Source of the DNA: a bacterium
GTDB lineage: Bacteria; Desulfobacterota; DSWW01
Direction of reading: 5' to 3'
DNA: 31,384 nucleotides
Assembly: GCA_040756235.1 (NCBI GenBank)
Contig: JBFLZG010000077.1
Location: 1 to 31,384 of the forward strand
Part shown: positions 1 to 8,062 of the stretch, piece by piece
How positions within the stretch are numbered: the stretch's first letter is position 1
Layout of the letters: the number at the start of each line of letters is the position of its first letter
Position numbers and translations under genes: made by a program
The notes under the pieces: model-generated
Seen by the model: only the letters and a program-made list of their open reading frames with translations
The model's database searches: none
Told to the model about the DNA's origin: nothing

Positions 1-123
1 TGTCACTGGAGCTTATAGCACACCAAATGGAGCAAAGCAGTGGCATCCGCCCCGCTTTGCTCTTTCTTTTTGGCCACTAACACCTCAAAATCGTTGCTCA
101 ACTACTTTTGGGACAGGCTCTAG
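1..123 (-). mobile_element. Probable terminus of an IS/MITE (IS5/IS4-like end) that extends beyond the window start
   Basis: Minus strand reads CTAGAGCCTGTCCCAAAAGTAG, resembling IS5-type terminal inverted repeats beside a CTAG site. The first 120 bp are more AT-rich than the rest. No transposase in the window. Confidence 0.4.
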
Positions 124-428
124 CTAGCGGGCGCGGCGACCCGAATCCCGAGCGCAGCGAGGGATCTGCCCCGGATGGTTGGTCCTGCCCCCGGGAGGTT
201 GCCACGGACCTCCGGTCCTCGCAATCTCCGGCGGTGGCGCCGCTTCGCTGCGGATGAGACCGCCCGGATTCGTTGACCGACTCGTCGTCCATTGCTTCCC
301 TGATCCTCCTGCGGAATCCGCCTTCCCCTCGAGTCGTATCTAAAACATGTGAAAGCTGTCTCCCGCCCTCCTCAGGGAAGCTGAAGGAAGCAGCGGGCCC
401 GCCAGTTCAACGAATTCGGAGGCAAAGG

Positions 429-2165
429 ATGAAATCTGACAACTTCCTGGCCAACCTTTACATGGGCTTGTTCGACGAGAACCGCTTTTCTTCCTCCCGA
501 GCCGAAGAGCTGGAGGAGGCGACGGATGCCATCATCAGCGCTTATCGGGAGGCGATACAGCCGTACCCCCCGGAGCTGATCGAGAAGGAGGGCGCCCTTC
601 CGCAGGCTCTCATCCGGAGATTCGGGGAGATCGGCTTATTCGGGCTGATCATCCCGGAGGAGTATGGCGGCAGGGGCCTGAGGCTTACCCAGTACATAAA
701 GATCGTCCGCGAAATGGCCAAGGTGGATCTCGCGCCGGCGCTCGTCTCCCTGGCCCACCTCTCGATCGGCATCATGGGCGTCATTCTCTTCGGCAACGAA
801 TCCCAGAAGAGGAGGTACCTGGTGCCGGGGGCCTCTGGGGAGAGGATCTTCGCCTATGCGCTCACCGAGCCCATGACCGGGTCGGATGCCAAGAACATCC
901 AGAGCCGCGCGGAGCTGTCGGAGGACGGGACCTACTACACGCTCAACGGCGAGAAGACCTACATCACCAATGCCAACTACGCCAAGGCCTTCACGGTCTT
1001 CGCCCAGCTCGACCCGGCCAGGCCCGGTCACATGGGCGCCTTCATCGTGGAGCGGGACTGGGAAGGCGTGAGCGTGGGGAAGGACATGCCCAAGATGGGG
1101 TTGGCGGCCAGCTCCACGGCAGCGGTTCGCTTCGAGGACGTGCGGGTGCCGTCGGAGAACTTGCTGGGCAGGCCGGGCGACGGCTTCAAGATCGCCATGG
1201 CCATCCTGAACTACGGCCGGCTCGGGCTCGGCGTCGCCTCCGCAGCCGCCATGGAGCAGTCGCTCAAGGACATGGTGAAGAGAGCCACGAGCAGGCGCCA
1301 GTTCGGCGTGCCCCTCAGCCACTTCGAGCTGATCCAGGAGAAGCTCGTGAAGGCGAGAGTCCACGGGTTTGTCGCGGCTGCCATGGTGGACTTCGTGGCG
1401 CGCGCGCTCGAATTCGACCCCGTCGCGAACGTGGCCCTGGAAAGCTCTCACTGCAAGCTCTACGGGACCACCCGAGCGTGGGAGACGCTTTATGACGCTC
1501 TGCAGGTCGCCGGGGGCTCCGGGTACATCTCGACGCAGCCTTACGGAAAGCGACTGCGCGATTTCAGGGTCACCACCGTGTTCGAGGGTACGACCGAGAT
1601 CCACACGATCTATCCGGCCCTGTTCGCCCTTCGCAAGCTCGCCAGAGAGATGGAGAGCAGCGGCCGAGGCAGAATCTCCGGCCTGACCGCGCTCCTGAAA
1701 GCTGCAGCCAGGAGGGAACGATGGCCGCTCGCTTTTGAGGACAGGCTGATGCGAAAGGCGGCCCGCCTGGCGCAGGACAATTTCCGCTCCATCCGCAGGA
1801 TGCTCTGTCTGGGGCTCCTGGTCTACGGGAAGGATATCGAGAAAAGGGAGTTTCTCCTGCGCAGGATCACCCACCTGAGCGTGGACGCTTTCGGCATCCT
1901 CACCGCCCTGGCCACGGTCCGCGCCGAGAAACAGGCTGGCCGCTCCGTGGACGAAGCCCTCGAAGTGCTCGCCTATTTCCTGGAGGAGGCGAAGGAGGGG
2001 CGAAAGGCAAACGTGAGGCTCTTTGCGAACCGCAAGGAAGTCCTCCATGCCGTGGTCTTCAAGCGGATCCTTGGCGGCGCCGCCGTAGCCAGGGCCCAGC
2101 CGCAGCCGGATGCGGTGCAGCCTCCGGCAATCGCACCGGTCGACCTGGGCAGCCGGGCGGCTTAG
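429..2165 (+). CDS. Acyl-CoA dehydrogenase, ACAD9/VLCAD-like with C-terminal extension
   Basis: Motifs YALTEPMTGSD, LNGEKTYITN, KMGL, RRQFG, QVAGGSGY and VFEGTTEI (catalytic Glu). Start moved from 273 to ATG 429, which has an upstream GGAGG. Confidence 0.93.
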   Translation: MKSDNFLANLYMGLFDENRFSSSRAEELEEATDAIISAYREAIQPYPPELIEKEGALPQALIRRFGEIGLFGLIIPEEYGGRGLRLTQYIKIVREMAKVDLAPALVSLAHLSIGIMGVILFGNESQKRRYLVPGASGERIFAYALTEPMTGSDAKNIQSRAELSEDGTYYTLNGEKTYITNANYAKAFTVFAQLDPARPGHMGAFIVERDWEGVSVGKDMPKMGLAASSTAAVRFEDVRVPSENLLGRPGDGFKIAMAILNYGRLGLGVASAAAMEQSLKDMVKRATSRRQFGVPLSHFELIQEKLVKARVHGFVAAAMVDFVARALEFDPVANVALESSHCKLYGTTRAWETLYDALQVAGGSGYISTQPYGKRLRDFRVTTVFEGTTEIHTIYPALFALRKLAREMESSGRGRISGLTALLKAAARRERWPLAFEDRLMRKAARLAQDNFRSIRRMLCLGLLVYGKDIEKREFLLRRITHLSVDAFGILTALATVRAEKQAGRSVDEALEVLAYFLEEAKEGRKANVRLFANRKEVLHAVVFKRILGGAAVARAQPQPDAVQPPAIAPVDLGSRAA

Positions 2166-2440
2166 TACACTGGTTCATAAGTTCGGTAACATACTCCGCC
2201 GACCGGCGCGGCCGGTCTGCGAGAGGAGACGTGGCAACGGACGGCCTGCAAGAGCCAGATGTCGCGAGCGAGCCCCGGCGCCTCGGGATTACCGCGGATT
2301 CAGAGTCGCGAGCGTGGCGATCCCCCGAAACAGGGGGGTTGCTACGTCGCAAAGCCTCCTCGCAAAATCGGGCATTGGCAGCATCATCGCCAGCTCGCTC
2401 CCGCACACAAATACGTTAGCGTATTTACGCAGACATGTAC
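2165..2440. mobile_element. MITE-like element with imperfect terminal inverted repeats and TTA/CTTAG flanking direct repeats
   Basis: Left end GTACACTGGTTCATAAGTTCGGTAACATA versus reverse complement of right end GTACATGTCTGCGTAAATACGCTAACGTA. CTTAGT at 2161-2166 and 2440-2445. Contains the CGCGAGCGTGG repeat motif. Confidence 0.55.
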
Positions 2441-2453
2441 TTAGTGACCGGAA

Positions 2454-4529
2454 TCAGAACTCCGCCTGCACGGCGAGGTAGAAGGTCCTGCCCGGCTCGG
2501 GCACCCGGATGCCGCTGCGGAACGGTTCCCGCTGATAGGAGAGGTGCTCGACGTACTGTTCGTCGAACAGGTTCGAGACGACGCCGAGCAGGCTGAGTCC
2601 CCTCCACCGGCATCCGAGCCTCAGGTTGGCAACGACCCAGTCCGACGTTGGGGTCTCGTCCACGAGCGTATCAACCCTGGTTTGCGCGTCCGCATAGACA
2701 CCCTCCATCTCGGCGAAGAGGCCGCCGTCGTCGTACCTGAGACCGGCCCTTGCCTGAAAGGGAGGGATCTCGGGGAGATCCGTATCGTCCGTCTCGTTCG
2801 TCCCCCGGGTGTACGAAGCGCCTGCTCTGCCGTAAAGGTTGAGAGGGAGCCTGAGCAGCAGCGACGCCTCGCCCCCATAGAGGGTGGCATCCACGTTCTT
2901 CGCGGTCCTGGCGTGCCTCTCGGAACGGAAGACATCCCGCACCACGATGAAGTCCTCGACGCGACTGTAGAAGAGGTCCGCGCCCAGGCGGACCGGCCCA
3001 TGGTCGTACTCCAGTGCCAGGTCTGCTTCGTGGTTCTTTTCCGGCTCGAGCCCCGGGTTTCCGACCCGGTCGGGCTTGTCCTCGGTGCCCATCCTCTGAA
3101 TCGCGATGAAGCGCTCCGAGGCGTCCGGCACGCTGACCGTGCGGCCAAACCCGAGAAAAGCGCTGACGTGGTCGGCGATCAGCCCGGTGAGCTCGAGCTT
3201 ACCGCACACGCAGGTGTCCTCCGCCTGCGTGTGCGCGTTCGGAAAGAACATCTCGTACAGCGGTGACCGGTCGTGCCCCGCCGTCTGTTTCGTGTGGTCG
3301 ACCCTCACGCCCCCGGTGAGCGTGAACCGCTCGAGCAGCTTGACGTCCTGCTCCAGGTAACCGCCGACGTTGATCGTGTCCACGTCCGGCAGCGAAGCCT
3401 GACTGCGGTAGGCCGCGGCCATGGCGTTGAACATCGCGGTCGAAGCGTCCCAGTTCGTCCAGTACGACTCCACGCCCACCCGGGTCGTGCCGAAGAGCGC
3501 AAGGATGCCCTCGGCAGAGGCCCCCGCGGTCGTGGTGTCCGCGTGGGTCTTCATGCCGAACGGCTCCGGCAGGTCTCCGGCGCAACTCAACGGGTCTGGG
3601 CGGGAGCTGCACCTCTTCTCGTCCGTCATGCCGTGCCGGACCTGGTCCCAGTAGGCCTGCAGCCGGATCGAGCTCAAGTCCCGTCCGATGTTGTCGATCC
3701 GATAGACGGTATTGACCAGGTCCGAGCTGTCATCGATGAGGTCCATGAGGAGATAGGGATACAGGACGTCGCGCGCTTCGTGCCTGCTGTAGGTGATATC
3801 GAGATGGTTACGGCCGGGCGAGAGGGAGAGCTTGGCCCAGCCGTCCCCGATCAGGTAGGCTCGATCGTCCCTTTCCGACGGCCGGTATCTGCCGGGCGAG
3901 CTCTCCGGGTAAAGCTCGGTGATCTTCGTGCCGTCGCCGTCCTCGTAGGGCTCTGCATACTGGGACGTGCCTCCCAGGAGCAGCCCCAGCCCGTCCGTCC
4001 CGTAGGAGACCTGCCCGGAGGCATCGGCGCGGTCGAACGAGCCATAGCCGGCGCCGGCACGTCCGTGGAAACCCTGCTGCGCGGAACCGGTCTTGATGTT
4101 GACGAGGCCCCCCAGACTCCCCTGATGCCTCAGGTCGAAGGGACCTTTGAACACTTCGACCCTCTCGGTCTCTCCGAGGTCCACGAAGAAGGAGGGGGGG
4201 TCCATCCGGTTCGGACAGGCCCCGTAGATCCTGGCTCCGTCGATCAGGACGTTGAGATTGTTCTTCTGAAACCCCCTGAGCACGATGTCGCTGGCAATGG
4301 CTCCCCTGCGCACCTTGCGGAAGCCTTCCAAGCTCTCGAGCGCTTCGCCCAGATCGGTGGCGCCCGTCTCTCTCAGTCTTTCCCCTTCGACCCTCTCGGA
4401 TTCACGCGCCCTGTCCGTCTCGACGACGACCTCGTCGAGCTCCCACTCGTCCGCGAGAATCGGACCGCCTGGTAACGGAATCGACAGAAGGAAGAATGCA
4501 AAGCAAGCCGCCAGGGCAACTGCTTTCAT
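2454..4529 (-). CDS. oprC: TonB-dependent copper receptor, OprC/NosA-like
   Basis: Signal peptide MKAVALAACF, TonB-box-like LDEVVV, plug with GACPNRMDPP (CxxxM), barrel HGM (HxM), NLFD motif, C-terminal Phe. ATG 4529 preceded by GGAGG. Confidence 0.88.
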   Translation of the reverse strand: MKAVALAACFAFFLLSIPLPGGPILADEWELDEVVVETDRARESERVEGERLRETGATDLGEALESLEGFRKVRRGAIASDIVLRGFQKNNLNVLIDGARIYGACPNRMDPPSFFVDLGETERVEVFKGPFDLRHQGSLGGLVNIKTGSAQQGFHGRAGAGYGSFDRADASGQVSYGTDGLGLLLGGTSQYAEPYEDGDGTKITELYPESSPGRYRPSERDDRAYLIGDGWAKLSLSPGRNHLDITYSRHEARDVLYPYLLMDLIDDSSDLVNTVYRIDNIGRDLSSIRLQAYWDQVRHGMTDEKRCSSRPDPLSCAGDLPEPFGMKTHADTTTAGASAEGILALFGTTRVGVESYWTNWDASTAMFNAMAAAYRSQASLPDVDTINVGGYLEQDVKLLERFTLTGGVRVDHTKQTAGHDRSPLYEMFFPNAHTQAEDTCVCGKLELTGLIADHVSAFLGFGRTVSVPDASERFIAIQRMGTEDKPDRVGNPGLEPEKNHEADLALEYDHGPVRLGADLFYSRVEDFIVVRDVFRSERHARTAKNVDATLYGGEASLLLRLPLNLYGRAGASYTRGTNETDDTDLPEIPPFQARAGLRYDDGGLFAEMEGVYADAQTRVDTLVDETPTSDWVVANLRLGCRWRGLSLLGVVSNLFDEQYVEHLSYQREPFRSGIRVPEPGRTFYLAVQAEF

Positions 4530-4849
4530 GACAGCCTCCGGATTCGAGCAGCACGGTAGAGCCACGCCTCCGCTGGAGATCCCGGGTGTGGAACGGCCAC
4601 GCACAACGTGAGCGCACGGGTGCGGACGTGTACGCAGTGCTGCAATTCGCAACGTGGCGACCGGCAGCAAACGTCGAACGTTGCGAGGGAGACCTTGCGA
4701 CATGGCACTCCCCTCGGGAGGGTGTCGAAAGACAGCCTCTTGCGGGGGGATCACCACGCTCGCGGGCGACGCATGCGCCGCCCCTGCACGAGGGTCTGCC
4801 GGCCGTCGTTCCCGTCGCTCGAGATCAGCGAATCCATGGAACAGAGTGC

Positions 4850-5248
4850 TCAGGTGATTCGAGGAGGCTTCAGGGGTGGGTCTCTGAACTCCGGCAAAAC
4901 GGACCCGCTCTCCGGGTTGAGGAGGGCGGCGGTCGGTTCGAGGCGTACGGCCGCCTCGAGCGGGTAGAGGTCCCCTTTGGAAGAGGAGTCAGCGCATCGG
5001 TCTTTGTCCTGACAGGTGCAGCGCCCTCCGGAGAGTTGCCGCACATCGGGCTCGTGCGAGTGCCCGCAGCAGCTGCGTGCAGGCTGATGACAGCCCCGGG
5101 CGCAACGATCCGGATGGGTCGTGCAGAAGATGCAGGTACATTTCATCTTCTGGCAGCGGCAGTCACCCCCCAGAGCGTGGAGCGGACAGAGCGATGCCAG
5201 GTAGGAGAAAGCCACGGCCAGAACCAGACATGGGCGCAGCGATCTCAT
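4850..5248 (-). CDS. Small Cys/His-rich exported protein with Pro-rich C-terminus (DUF2946/CruR-like leader candidate); alternative start at 5284
   Basis: Hydrophobic N-terminus, 14 Cys including several CxC and one CC, ends ...FRDPPLKPPRIT*. Lies between the YHS gene and the TonB-dependent receptor on the same strand. Confidence 0.7.
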   Translation of the reverse strand: MRSLRPCLVLAVAFSYLASLCPLHALGGDCRCQKMKCTCIFCTTHPDRCARGCHQPARSCCGHSHEPDVRQLSGGRCTCQDKDRCADSSSKGDLYPLEAAVRLEPTAALLNPESGSVLPEFRDPPLKPPRIT

Positions 5249-5288
5249 GAGGAGTTCCGCAGGGGCCCGCCGAGCGGGCGACATGCGA

Positions 5289-5711
5289 TCATGCGCCGGA
5301 TTCTTCGCCGCCGGGTTCCTTGCGGAGAAACCGTTCCGGTTGTGCATCGAACTTCTGCTTGCACCCCGTGGAGCAGAAGAAGTAATCGGTCCCGCCGAAG
5401 GTGCTCTTCAGGCCGGCCGCCGCAGCCTTCTCCGTATCGACCGTCATGCCGCAGACCGGGTCCGTGGCCTCGGCGGAAGGGACGGACTCGGCTGCCGACA
5501 CGAGGCCGGCGCCTGTGCCCGAAAGCTGCTGCTGCTCCTGGCCGATCCGGAGCTTTGCCGGGCGCGTCGAGTCCGGGCCGTCTCCGGCATAGGGCTGTTC
5601 GTGAAAAGCGCCGGCCCAGATCCCCCAGGCTACGAGACCGGCGAGCAGAACGGCCCATGCCAGTCTTCTGATCAAGGGGGAAGCCTTCAGCCCGGGAATG
5701 TCAAAGGTCAT
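5289..5711 (-). CDS. Membrane-anchored YHS-domain (metal-binding) protein
   Basis: N-terminal TM segment, then DPVCGMTV...YFFCSTGCKQKFDAQPERF. ATG 5711 with upstream GGAGG. Confidence 0.88.
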   Translation of the reverse strand: MTFDIPGLKASPLIRRLAWAVLLAGLVAWGIWAGAFHEQPYAGDGPDSTRPAKLRIGQEQQQLSGTGAGLVSAAESVPSAEATDPVCGMTVDTEKAAAAGLKSTFGGTDYFFCSTGCKQKFDAQPERFLRKEPGGEESGA

Positions 5712-5727
5712 CTCGCGCGTCCTCCGT

Positions 5728-5770
5728 GTCAAGAGTATCGAATATTGCCAGGGAGTTGGCAACCTGGCAA
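5728..5770 (-). promoter_or_regulatory. Candidate sigma70 promoter with overlapping palindrome upstream of the YHS/leader/oprC genes
   Basis: Minus strand TTGCCA-N17-GATACT. Perfect inverted repeat TTGCCAGG-N10-CCTGGCAA at 5745-5770. Confidence 0.4.
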
Positions 5771-5896
5771 CCTCCCGATTGTGTGGCAAGCCCCCGGTCA
5801 CCGAAGGATCGCCATGCCCGCAGTCGTCCGTCTTCTCGCCGGACGAGTCTTCCCCGGCACGGGCAGGGTTCAACCCTGCCCGTGCGACGCTCTCGA

Positions 5897-7786
5897 CTAC
5901 GGCTGACTGTCCTCGAACCGGACCTGCTGGGCCACCAGGACGCCGCTGTCGTCGAGGGTCCCTTCCACTTCGAGGCGGCGGTTCAAGGCGAGGTCGGCAG
6001 AAGTGCCGCCTTCGAAAGCGGTCTGATCGGTGATCCTGACAGGCTGGGCGTTCACCTCGAGCTCCGCTGGGGAGGTCACCGCCGTGACGAGCCCTTCCAC
6101 CTCCGCTTCCGTGCCGTGCTCGGTCCGGAAGTCGCCGAACCTGTCTATAGCCCGAACCTCCGACGCTTCCAGATGGACGTCCAGCGGCCGGTGCGTGCTC
6201 CGGACCTCGACGAACATTCCGTTGGCCAGCCCGCCGGGCGGAATACCGATCAGGTCGGCCGTTCTGTAAGGCACGGTCAGGCCACTCAGGCTGAAAGTCT
6301 GCGCGGCGGTATCCAGGTTCGCGATCGTTCCCTTGATCTCGAGCACGTCGGGCGGATCCAGTTCGATCTTCTTGAACTCGATGTAGGTCGCCCGGATGTC
6401 CCCGCCGGAGTCGAAGAAGCCGCTGACTTCCGCGACGTTGCCCCAGGCCAGCTGCGCGATTCCGGAGATACCTCCGAAGACCGTATTCGCATCCACGAAG
6501 ACGTTCTGGCCCAGCATGACAAGCCTGTTGCCTGCCAGGTCGATCTCCTTGACCGTGCCCTCCAGGATGTCCCGATACTCCACCCGGGAAGCGGTCCCGG
6601 TCACCCCGTCTTGGTTTACCGTGCCCCGGACCATGACCACCATGCCGGGGCGCAGATCGGCCTCGCCCACGCCGTGGAAGACGTCATCCTTGGAGAAGAC
6701 CGCGCGGCTGGCGTCGAGCTCGATGCCGTTGACGATGACGCTCCCGAACCCCTCGATCGTGCCGAAGAAGATGCTGCCGGCCGGTCCGACGCCGTCCTCG
6801 AACGAGACGTTCAGGGCCGCCAGGGCTCCGGCATCGTCCAGAGCCCCTTCCGCCCGGAGGAGCACGTTCAGGCCGAGGTCGGCGGCCGTCCCTCCCGCGA
6901 AAGTGGTCTGGTTCGTGGTTCGCACGGGCTGCCGGTTCAGCCGGAACTCCGTCGCGGACGAGACCGTGGTGACCAGGGCCTCGATGATGGCCTCCGTGCC
7001 GGCCCCGCCTGGCAATGCGCCGAACCGCTCCTCACCCCGGATCTCCGTCGCCTCCAGTACGGCTCCTGCCGGAGGGCTCGTGCTCTCGACTTCGACGAAG
7101 GTCCCGTTGGCAAGACCACCCGCTGGGAGGTCGCTCAAAGCAGCCGTGGCATAATCGACGGTCAGGCCGCTCAGCGTGAAAGTCTGAGCACCTGTATCCA
7201 GGTTCGAAACCATGCCCTTGACCTCGATGGCGTCCCCGGGCTCCAGGGTGGCCTTCTTCAGCTCCGCGTACGTGGCCCGGATATTCCCGTTGGCGTCGTA
7301 GAGGCCGCTCACCTCCACGACGTTTCCGGCCGCGAGCTGGGCAAGGCCCGTGACGCCGTTGAAGAAGGTATTCGCATCCACCAGGACGAGCTGGCCCATG
7401 GCGACGAAGGTGCCGGCTCCCGGGTTGACCTGGGCGATCGGGCCTTCCAGGTTGTCCCGGTAGTCCACGCCGGATGCGGTACCGGTCACGCGGCTATCGT
7501 TGATTCTGCCGCGGACCGTGACGATCATGCCCTCGTGCAGGTCGCTCTCGCCCAAACCCTGAGAGGTCCCGTCCTTGGAGAAGGCCGCCCCGCTGGTGTC
7601 GAAATCGATTCCGTTGACGGAAATACTGCCGGGTCCTTGGATTCTTCCGAAAACGACGCTGCCGGGCGCCGGATTGCCCCCGTCGCCGTCGCCGTCTCCC
7701 CCTCCGCCTCCGCAGGCAGCCAGAGTGACGAGCAGGACGACCGCGAGCCCCAGGGGTACGCTATGCAGGCATGAGCGGTTTCGCAT
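5897..7786 (-). CDS. DUF5666-type lipoprotein with two tandem copies of the repeat module
   Basis: Lipobox LAAC, Gly-rich linker, repeated G-x-I-x-G-x-GS-x-x-VNG, LEG-x-I/V and VEVSG motifs. The two halves align with each other. AGGAG RBS. Confidence 0.85.
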   Translation of the reverse strand: MRNRSCLHSVPLGLAVVLLVTLAACGGGGGDGDGDGGNPAPGSVVFGRIQGPGSISVNGIDFDTSGAAFSKDGTSQGLGESDLHEGMIVTVRGRINDSRVTGTASGVDYRDNLEGPIAQVNPGAGTFVAMGQLVLVDANTFFNGVTGLAQLAAGNVVEVSGLYDANGNIRATYAELKKATLEPGDAIEVKGMVSNLDTGAQTFTLSGLTVDYATAALSDLPAGGLANGTFVEVESTSPPAGAVLEATEIRGEERFGALPGGAGTEAIIEALVTTVSSATEFRLNRQPVRTTNQTTFAGGTAADLGLNVLLRAEGALDDAGALAALNVSFEDGVGPAGSIFFGTIEGFGSVIVNGIELDASRAVFSKDDVFHGVGEADLRPGMVVMVRGTVNQDGVTGTASRVEYRDILEGTVKEIDLAGNRLVMLGQNVFVDANTVFGGISGIAQLAWGNVAEVSGFFDSGGDIRATYIEFKKIELDPPDVLEIKGTIANLDTAAQTFSLSGLTVPYRTADLIGIPPGGLANGMFVEVRSTHRPLDVHLEASEVRAIDRFGDFRTEHGTEAEVEGLVTAVTSPAELEVNAQPVRITDQTAFEGGTSADLALNRRLEVEGTLDDSGVLVAQQVRFEDSQP

Positions 7787-7834
7787 GACGATTCTCCTTC
7801 ATCAGGGAAAGTGCAGGCGGTGGGTGCGGAAAAC

Positions 7835-7870
7835 TAAACCCTAGATGTTGGATAGAACCGCGAGGTTTCA
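7835..7870 (-). promoter_or_regulatory. Candidate ECF (sigmaE-type) promoter of the long DUF5666 gene
   Basis: Minus strand GAAACCT-N17-TCTA. 26/36 nt identical to the sequence upstream of the paralog (20980-21015). Confidence 0.5.
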
Positions 7871-8010
7871 GGCAGCGGGAAACGAGGTTCGCATTCGCGT
7901 AAGCGTGGGCGGTGCGGAGCCGAAGGGGGGGGGCGGCTTCGCGACCTCCATGCGGCCAGGAGAGCGGCTGGTGCGCGAGGGAGATAAAAACCCGTTGGGG
8001 AGAGTGCAGC

Positions 8011-8043
8011 GAGGGGCGGCCGATCTCATCCCGGCCGCCCCTC
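8011..8043 (-). terminator. GC-rich hairpin downstream of the haloperoxidase-peroxidase fusion
   Basis: GAGGGGCGGCCG...CGGCCGCCCCTC perfect stem about 20 nt after the stop. No clear U-tract. Confidence 0.45.
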
Positions 8044-8062
8044 GCCTTGCGCGTGAGGGGTT

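Noticed and set aside
5897..7786. Assembly artefact as the cause of the internal duplication
   Set aside because: The two modules are clearly diverged at the amino-acid level, so the duplication is old and real.
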